Assembly: GCA_005877775.1 (NCBI GenBank)
Contig: VBOJ01000050.1
Span: forward strand, 1-60,013
Direction of reading: 5' to 3'
Source of the DNA: Nitrospirota bacterium
GTDB lineage: Bacteria > Nitrospirota > Nitrospiria > Nitrospirales > Nitrospiraceae
Length of the DNA stretch: 60,013 bases
How positions within the stretch are numbered: position 1 is the first letter of the stretch; the number at the start of each line of letters is the position of its first letter. Both the position numbers and the translations under genes were made by a program. Below, piece after piece: positions 55,458-60,013 of this stretch. Below the pieces are notes generated by a model. The model saw nothing but the letters and a program-made list of their open reading frames with translations. It did no database searches and was not told the origin of the DNA.

Positions 55458-56162
55458 TTGAAAGTTCGCCTCCAAAACAAGCCTGACATCAGAGAGCTCC
55501 CAGCTTACTCCATCACGGAAGCTGCTCATTACCTTCTAATTCCGCCGTCTACCCTTAGGTGGTGGGTAACCGGGCGACGTTACGATAGGGGGATTCTTCG
55601 CGTGTCAAAACCCATTATTGAACTGCCCGAAGAAGATGGCAAGGGGCTTTCCTTCATGAATCTGGTTGAGATCCATGTTCTAGATGCGATTCGAAGAAAA
55701 CATGACATAGCCCTAAATAAAGTCCGCAAGGCTCTTCAGTATCTCGGACATCACCTCCCTTCTAGGCATCCTTTGGCCGAACGAGAGTTCGAGACCGATG
55801 GAATTAGCCTGTTCATTGAACAGTATGGCAAGTTAATCAACATTTCCGAGGAGGGGCAGCTTGCTATTCGTGAGTTATTGGAGGCTCACCTTAAGAGGAT
55901 CGAGCGAGATACCTCTGGCCTTCCGATAAGACTCTACCCATTCACTAGAAAGAGAGCACCTCAAGAACCCATGGCCGTCGTTATCGATCCGTATGTCTCC
56001 TTCGGTCGACCCGTTCTAGTGGGTACGGGTATTCCGACAGCGGTGATCGCTGCACGTTATAAGGCCGGAGAATCGGTGGACGATCTAGCCGACGACTATG
56101 GTCGCAGCCGCGAAGAAATCGAAGAAGCTATCAGATGCGAGCGCTTCCGCGAAGCCGCCTAA
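55458..56162 (+). CDS. VapB45-like antitoxin (N-terminal HTH plus C-terminal DUF433)
   Basis: ITEAAHYLLIPPSTLRWWV (HTH) and DPYVSFGRPVLVGTGIPTAVIAARYKAGESVDDLADDYG (DUF433 pattern). The start is a non-ATG codon. Confidence 0.7.
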   Translation: MKVRLQNKPDIRELPAYSITEAAHYLLIPPSTLRWWVTGRRYDRGILRVSKPIIELPEEDGKGLSFMNLVEIHVLDAIRRKHDIALNKVRKALQYLGHHLPSRHPLAEREFETDGISLFIEQYGKLINISEEGQLAIRELLEAHLKRIERDTSGLPIRLYPFTRKRAPQEPMAVVIDPYVSFGRPVLVGTGIPTAVIAARYKAGESVDDLADDYGRSREEIEEAIRCERFREAA

Positions 56163-56561
56163 CGAGCCCATCCTCTTCTTAGATCGATCCCTTGGGAAAA
56201 AGCAAATAGCCTCTGCCCTGCGCGCAGAAGGTTCTGATGTCCGAGTTCATGACGATCATTTCCCAAGTAACGCCAAAGATGAGTATTGGCTGACGGAGGT
56301 TGGGCAAAGAGGGTGGATTGTTCTGACAAAAGAGACCAAATCCGTCACCATCCAGTTGAACGCGACGCTTTAATGGCTGCCGGAGTAGGCGCTTTTATTC
56401 TACCGAGAGGTAACACGACCGGGTCAGAAATGGCCAGAGCGTTCGTAAAGGCTTTACCTAAAATTAAAAAATTCATCAGGAAACACTCTCGCCCTTTCAT
56501 CGCTCGGGTCACGAGTGGAGGATCTATAACGATGTTAGACGCAGGGGGGCGGAGACCTTAA
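56098..56561 (+). pseudogene. VapC45/PIN-like toxin gene, frameshifted
   Basis: The N-terminal half (ILFLDRSLG...GWIVLTKE) is in one frame to 56373. The C-terminal half (IRHHPVERDALMAAGVGAFILP...FIARVTSGG) is in another frame to 56561. The shift lies within AAAAGAGACC near 56329-56336. Confidence 0.6.
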
Positions 56562-56566
56562 GCCAT

Positions 56567-56755
56567 CTACTGAGGAGACACGCCTTCCTGAAATTTTCTC
56601 CACTCCCACGGCGGGACCGGGTCGGGATCTGCCCAAAGCCTCTGTTTGGCGTCCCTCGCTTCCTTTTCTAGCCCTGCCAGCACAGTATCACCCGGCGCAT
56701 AATGTCTGTACCACCACGCCAGCCCTGCCTTGACGAGCAGGTAGAAGACGCTCAG
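56567..56755 (-). pseudogene. C-terminal fragment of a thermonuclease (staphylococcal nuclease-like) gene
   Basis: A 62-codon frame, LVKAGLAWWYRHYAP...EKEARDAKQRLWADPDPVPPWEWRK, preceded by an in-frame TAG and lacking the N-terminal catalytic part. Confidence 0.55.
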
Positions 56756-56824
56756 CTAGCCGACCAGGCTGTATCTTTAGCCAGAGAGGATGGCCGAAGT
56801 GGTGGATGGAATAGAGAAGGAGGT

Positions 56825-56911
56825 TGGTGCCGAAGCCGGGATTTGAACCCGGACACCCGTGAGGGCGCTAGACCCTGAATCTAGTGCGTCTGCCAGTTCC
56901 GCCACTTCGGC
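56825..56911 (-). tRNA. tRNA-Leu, anticodon CAG
   Basis: Acceptor GCCGAAG/CTTCGGC; anticodon stem CTAGA/TCTAG with loop TTCAGGG; long variable arm; T-arm CCGGG-TTCAAAT-CCCGG; encoded CCA. Confidence 0.9.
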
Positions 56912-56917
56912 ACGTGC

Positions 56918-57155
56918 GGGATGCTGAAATAAGCCTACAACTGCGTTCTCGCTTCGCTCAAGCCCTCAACGTACCAACAAAGAGTACGCCTCGGGGTTTC
57001 GCTTGCTGCGGCCTTGTTCTAGCCTTATTTGAGCATCCCTAAGAATTATTTCCTCAAATTTGTTCGCGGTCGCTCACTCCCTTCAACCTACGAGAAGAGT
57101 ACGCCTCGGATTCTCGCTCGTTGCGGCCTAGTTGGAAGCCATTTTGAGCAGCCCT
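56918..57155. repeat. two ~95-nt imperfect direct repeats plus an inverted 20-mer, immediately upstream of tRNA-Leu(CAG)
   Basis: R1 (56945-57040) and R2 (57062-57155) are about 75% identical by eye. 56918-56937 is the reverse complement of 57020-57039 (18 of 20). Confidence 0.7.
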
Positions 57156-57259
57156 TCTGAAGGGATAACACTAGCAGGGAAACGCATTATCCCCGATCGT
57201 CCGAGTTCCGTCAAGGTGCGCTGTGCGCAGGATGACTGCGTGGTGGAGCACTGACGGAC

Positions 57260-58786
57260 TCACCCAACCTTAGAGGGTGAGTGAGTTGGATACCGATGGA
57301 TCGGCAAGGAACTACACGACTCCCAGGCCCGTACGAGGGGGATGTCGCGCGAATCTCCGCTCAGGACGATCCGTTCCCGTACCAAGCCAGCGGCGGCTAG
57401 CAAGAAAGGGGCTGGAATGAAGGGTGCCTCGTCCGCCATCAGCACATCGAACCGTACCCTGCCGAACAAGGGATCGGATACCACACGCGCAGCCGTCGTG
57501 ACGACGACCCGCTTGTTTTGAATGAAGGCCTGGCGGTTGGTGCCCTCTTCCGCCGCCAGCAACTCTCTGATCCGCTTGGTGCCGCCTAATCGGGCGATCT
57601 CCTCCTTCAGCTCGTTGTATTCCGGGCGCAGCTCCTTTGGGATCGCCGCTTCCGCGCTCAGTTCTTGAATGCGTCGCTTCGCCACCTCCAGTTCTTGCAA
57701 GAGTCCCTGCACCGTCGTTTCGTAGATGTCCCGATACTCGACAAGCGAGACCACGTTTTTGCCCAACGTCTGCATGGCCACTCGCCTCCAGATCGGGAGC
57801 CCCTCGTAGTCGGCCAGCGTGGTGCTGACCTCCTTGATCTTCCCCTGGAGTTCGCTGAGCTGAGTTAGAAGCCGCCATTCCAGGTGCTTCACCTCATCGA
57901 GCTCTTGTTGTTTCTGTGCCTTATAGGCCAGGAGCGGCGTCAGCTCGCGGAATCGGTCGTACTTGCGACGGAGCGTAGCTTTATCGGTTCTTGACCTCTC
58001 GTAGAACCGGTGCATCTGTGTCTCGAACCCCAGCTCCGACAGCGCCATCCCCACTGCCTCCCCCAGCACGGGCATTTCGTACCGGCTGACCAAACTCTTG
58101 AAGGGCAATCCGGCACCTCGCAGGGCTCGAGCGACTGTGCCTATAACCTCATCCGCTCGCCGGTGATCAGGACTGACCAGTAAGATCCTCTTATTGTCTC
58201 GGACCAACTCGATCACTAACGATGCTAGTTTGGCCTGCCGGGCCACAGGATCTTCATTCCACACCGTCGTCAGCACGGACGTGGAAGCCGAAACCGGCGC
58301 CGTGGCGCTCTGCGTTGACTGCTCCGGATTCAGCCAGGGGAGGAGTCGTTCAGCCGGCCCCAGCTGGTACGCCTCGGATTTGAGTGCCATCTCCGCGAGC
58401 CGCTTCGAGGCTGAGTCGAGAAACGCAGTGGTGTCCGGAACAATGGTAGGGGAACTGACGGTCTGGCCGAAGGCGTCAAACGTGTGGATCAGCACGGCCT
58501 GCTCAAGACGCCCGACCACAAACCCCTCGGTCGTCTCACCGTCTCCCGGCGGGATGACGGTGACCGGCAGATCCTCGAGCAGCGGCGCCTCTGCCGGCAC
58601 GTCAAACCGGTAGAGGTGGAGCGTTCCTGCCGTCGAGACGAGACGGCCTTCCGACGCCGTGACCGGTGCGTCCAGACCTCGGGCCGACGCGCCATCGCGC
58701 TCAGCCGCGAGCCTCCGCGAGCAGTGCTCGATCAGATCAATCAATCTCATTGGGCGGCAAGGAGATTCGCGGTCATCGTCACTCAC
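57260..58786 (-). CDS. SF1 (Upf1/DNA2-like) helicase-related protein with a degenerate P-loop and a truncated C-terminal domain; possibly a relic
   Basis: LNPEQ, DVLMADEA (Walker B) and VLSGDSRDIP (motif III) are present. No GxxGxGK[ST], and no RecA2 domain. Confidence 0.5.
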   Translation of the reverse strand: MSDDDRESPCRPMRLIDLIEHCSRRLAAERDGASARGLDAPVTASEGRLVSTAGTLHLYRFDVPAEAPLLEDLPVTVIPPGDGETTEGFVVGRLEQAVLIHTFDAFGQTVSSPTIVPDTTAFLDSASKRLAEMALKSEAYQLGPAERLLPWLNPEQSTQSATAPVSASTSVLTTVWNEDPVARQAKLASLVIELVRDNKRILLVSPDHRRADEVIGTVARALRGAGLPFKSLVSRYEMPVLGEAVGMALSELGFETQMHRFYERSRTDKATLRRKYDRFRELTPLLAYKAQKQQELDEVKHLEWRLLTQLSELQGKIKEVSTTLADYEGLPIWRRVAMQTLGKNVVSLVEYRDIYETTVQGLLQELEVAKRRIQELSAEAAIPKELRPEYNELKEEIARLGGTKRIRELLAAEEGTNRQAFIQNKRVVVTTAARVVSDPLFGRVRFDVLMADEAPFIPAPFLLAAAGLVRERIVLSGDSRDIPLVRAWESCSSLPIHRYPTHSPSKVG

Positions 58787-58870
58787 GAGAAGGGTTGAGC
58801 CGGATAGCGTGGGACTGTGTTGTACAGGCCTGGCTGTATCTTAGCGTCAGAACAAAGAGGCTGTCCACAA

Positions 58871-58899
58871 TTGACTTTTCCCCATGCGCTCAGTATGAT
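58871..58899 (+). promoter_or_regulatory. candidate sigma70 promoter for rplI
   Basis: TTGACT (58871-58876), a 17-nt spacer, then TATGAT (58894-58899). Confidence 0.5.
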
Positions 58900-58929
58900 T
58901 TTCCGCTTCCCACAGAAGGAGTTAGCCTT

Positions 58930-59400
58930 ATGAAGGTGATTCTGCAAGAGACGGTTGAAGGTCTGGGGCACGTAGGGGACCTCTTGGATGTGTCCGATGG
59001 CTTCGCCAGAAACTACCTGCTCCCCCGACGCAAGGCGCTGGAGGCCAGCAACCGTAACGTCAAAGCCCTTGAGCATGCCAAGCGCGTGACAGCTGAGAAG
59101 GCCCGGAAAGAGAAACTGCAAGTCGAGGCCTTCGCAAAAAAGATCTCCGCGGTCTCGCTCACGGTCATGGCTCAGGTGGGCAAGGACGATAAAATGTTTG
59201 GTTCCGTGACGGTCAAGGATATCGTGGAAGGGTTGGCCGAACATGGTATTGAAGTAGACCGCAGGAAGGTCCAGCTTGCGCAGCCGATCAAGGAGCTTGG
59301 AACGTTCACGGTGCCAGTGAAGCTCCACCGTGATGTCACCGCCAGCCTGTCGGTCAACGTAGTCAAGAAGCAGGAGACTGTCTCGACCGCAGAGGCCTAG
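58930..59400 (+). CDS. rplI: 50S ribosomal protein L9
   Basis: [32 protein letters not shown], with a GGAG RBS. The ORF-track entry starts far upstream. Confidence 0.93.
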   Translation: MKVILQETVEGLGHVGDLLDVSDGFARNYLLPRRKALEASNRNVKALEHAKRVTAEKARKEKLQVEAFAKKISAVSLTVMAQVGKDDKMFGSVTVKDIVEGLAEHGIEVDRRKVQLAQPIKELGTFTVPVKLHRDVTASLSVNVVKKQETVSTAEA

Positions 59401-59470
59401 GAACCAGTCGGCTGAAGGGTCGGATCGCGGTGGGGTTCGTGCGCACACTCAGAAAGAGGTCGTCATCCGT

Positions 59471-60013
59471 ATGAGTCACGCGGTAGGGTCACTGAAGGCC
59501 TTGAGAGCAACTGATCCGGCAGTGTTCGACGCCATCCGTGCCGAGGAAAAGCGCCAGCGCGAGAAGCTGCTGCTGATCGCCTCAGAGAATTTCGCCAGCC
59601 CCGCCGTGTTGGCAGCCCAGGGCTGCCTGATGACCAACAAATATGCGGAGGGCTATCCGGGGAAGCGGTATTACGGAGGCTGCCAGTACGTGGATGTGGT
59701 GGAAGACCTGGCAATTCAGCGAACCAAGCAGCTCTTCGGCGCCGACCATGTCAACGTGCAGCCCCATTCGGGGTCACAGGCCAACATGGCGGCGTACCTG
59801 TCGGTCCTGAAACCCGGTGACGTAATCCTGGGCATGGACCTGGCGCAGGGAGGACATCTCACTCACGGCAGCCGCGTGAATTTTTCCGGCACCCTCTTTC
59901 GCTCCTTCTTTTACGGCGTGAACCGAGAGACGGAAGTGATCGACTACGACGCGGTTCAGCGCATCGCTGAGGAATGCCGCCCTCGGATGATCGTGGTCGG
60001 AGCCAGCGCCTAC
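59471..60013 (+). CDS. glyA: serine hydroxymethyltransferase (5' part, runs off the window)
   Basis: [29 protein letters not shown] and [10 protein letters not shown] motifs. Confidence 0.93.
   Translation, partial: MSHAVGSLKALRATDPAVFDAIRAEEKRQREKLLLIASENFASPAVLAAQGCLMTNKYAEGYPGKRYYGGCQYVDVVEDLAIQRTKQLFGADHVNVQPHSGSQANMAAYLSVLKPGDVILGMDLAQGGHLTHGSRVNFSGTLFRSFFYGVNRETEVIDYDAVQRIAEECRPRMIVVGASAY

Larger units (their letters stand above)
53350..56821. mobile_element. remnant genomic island integrated at the tRNA-Leu(CAG) 3' end; no integrase retained
   Basis: Bounded by the 17-bp direct repeat. Visibly lower GC, with AT-rich stretches at 55.2-55.45 and 56.4-56.5 kb. Cargo is a toxin-antitoxin pair, a nuclease fragment and orphan secreted proteins. 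Confidence 0.6.

Noticed and set aside
53350-56821. A search for an integrase, recombinase or transposase in the tRNA-linked island.
   Set aside because: No ORF on either strand shows tyrosine or serine recombinase or DDE motifs. The island is therefore called a remnant rather than an active element.

Overview
This is a GC-rich bacterial chromosomal segment. Gene content (complex I with a duplicated NuoM, trehalose and glucosylglycerate genes, many OmpA, PilZ and TPR proteins) suggests a Nitrospira-like (Nitrospirota) organism, but that assignment is inference only.

Layout:
- 0.2-6.4 kb: housekeeping genes (nagZ, pepA, queE, a HAD hydrolase, tRNA-Leu(GAG), an OmpA lipoprotein, a PilZ protein).
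- 6.6-10 kb: small secreted proteins around a gene pair that resembles a sigma factor with a zinc-binding anti-sigma (ZAS) motif, followed by a membrane protein.
- 10.4-25.7 kb: a dense sugar and compatible-solute region (GpgS-like glycosyltransferase (GT), a second GT, TreT-like GT4, another GT4 with an MFS transporter, otsA, otsB, glgB, an MPGP-family phosphatase).
- 26.3-30.4 kb: priA and a second OmpA paralog.
- 30.9-45.0 kb: a 12-gene nuo cluster, nuoA-B-C-D-G-I-J-K-L-M-M'-N. It has no nuoE, nuoF or nuoH and carries two NuoM-type genes.
- 45.4-48.8 kb: a CHASE3 kinase, a receiver and a hybrid kinase.
- 49-53.2 kb: assorted genes including pyrE.
- 53.3-56.8 kb: a roughly 3.5-kb lower-GC island remnant bounded by a 17-bp direct repeat of the 3' end of tRNA-Leu(CAG).
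- 57.3-60 kb: a decayed helicase-like gene, rplI and the start of glyA.

Most unusual signals seen directly in the sequence:
1. A family of 7-nt-phased (heptad) inverted-repeat elements fills almost every long spacer of the nuo operon. It recurs at 52.1 and 53.2 kb. A T-N-A triplet sits at a fixed heptad position, so stop codons step through the reading frames.
2. The nuo gene content is atypical.
3. The tRNA-linked island carries a frameshifted VapC45-like toxin and a nuclease fragment.
4. Several small-gene paralog pairs have one copy with a nonsense or frameshift lesion exactly where the sister copy has a sense codon.

No rRNA, CRISPR array, transposase or integrase was recognised. All product calls rest on motif recognition by eye; no database search was run.
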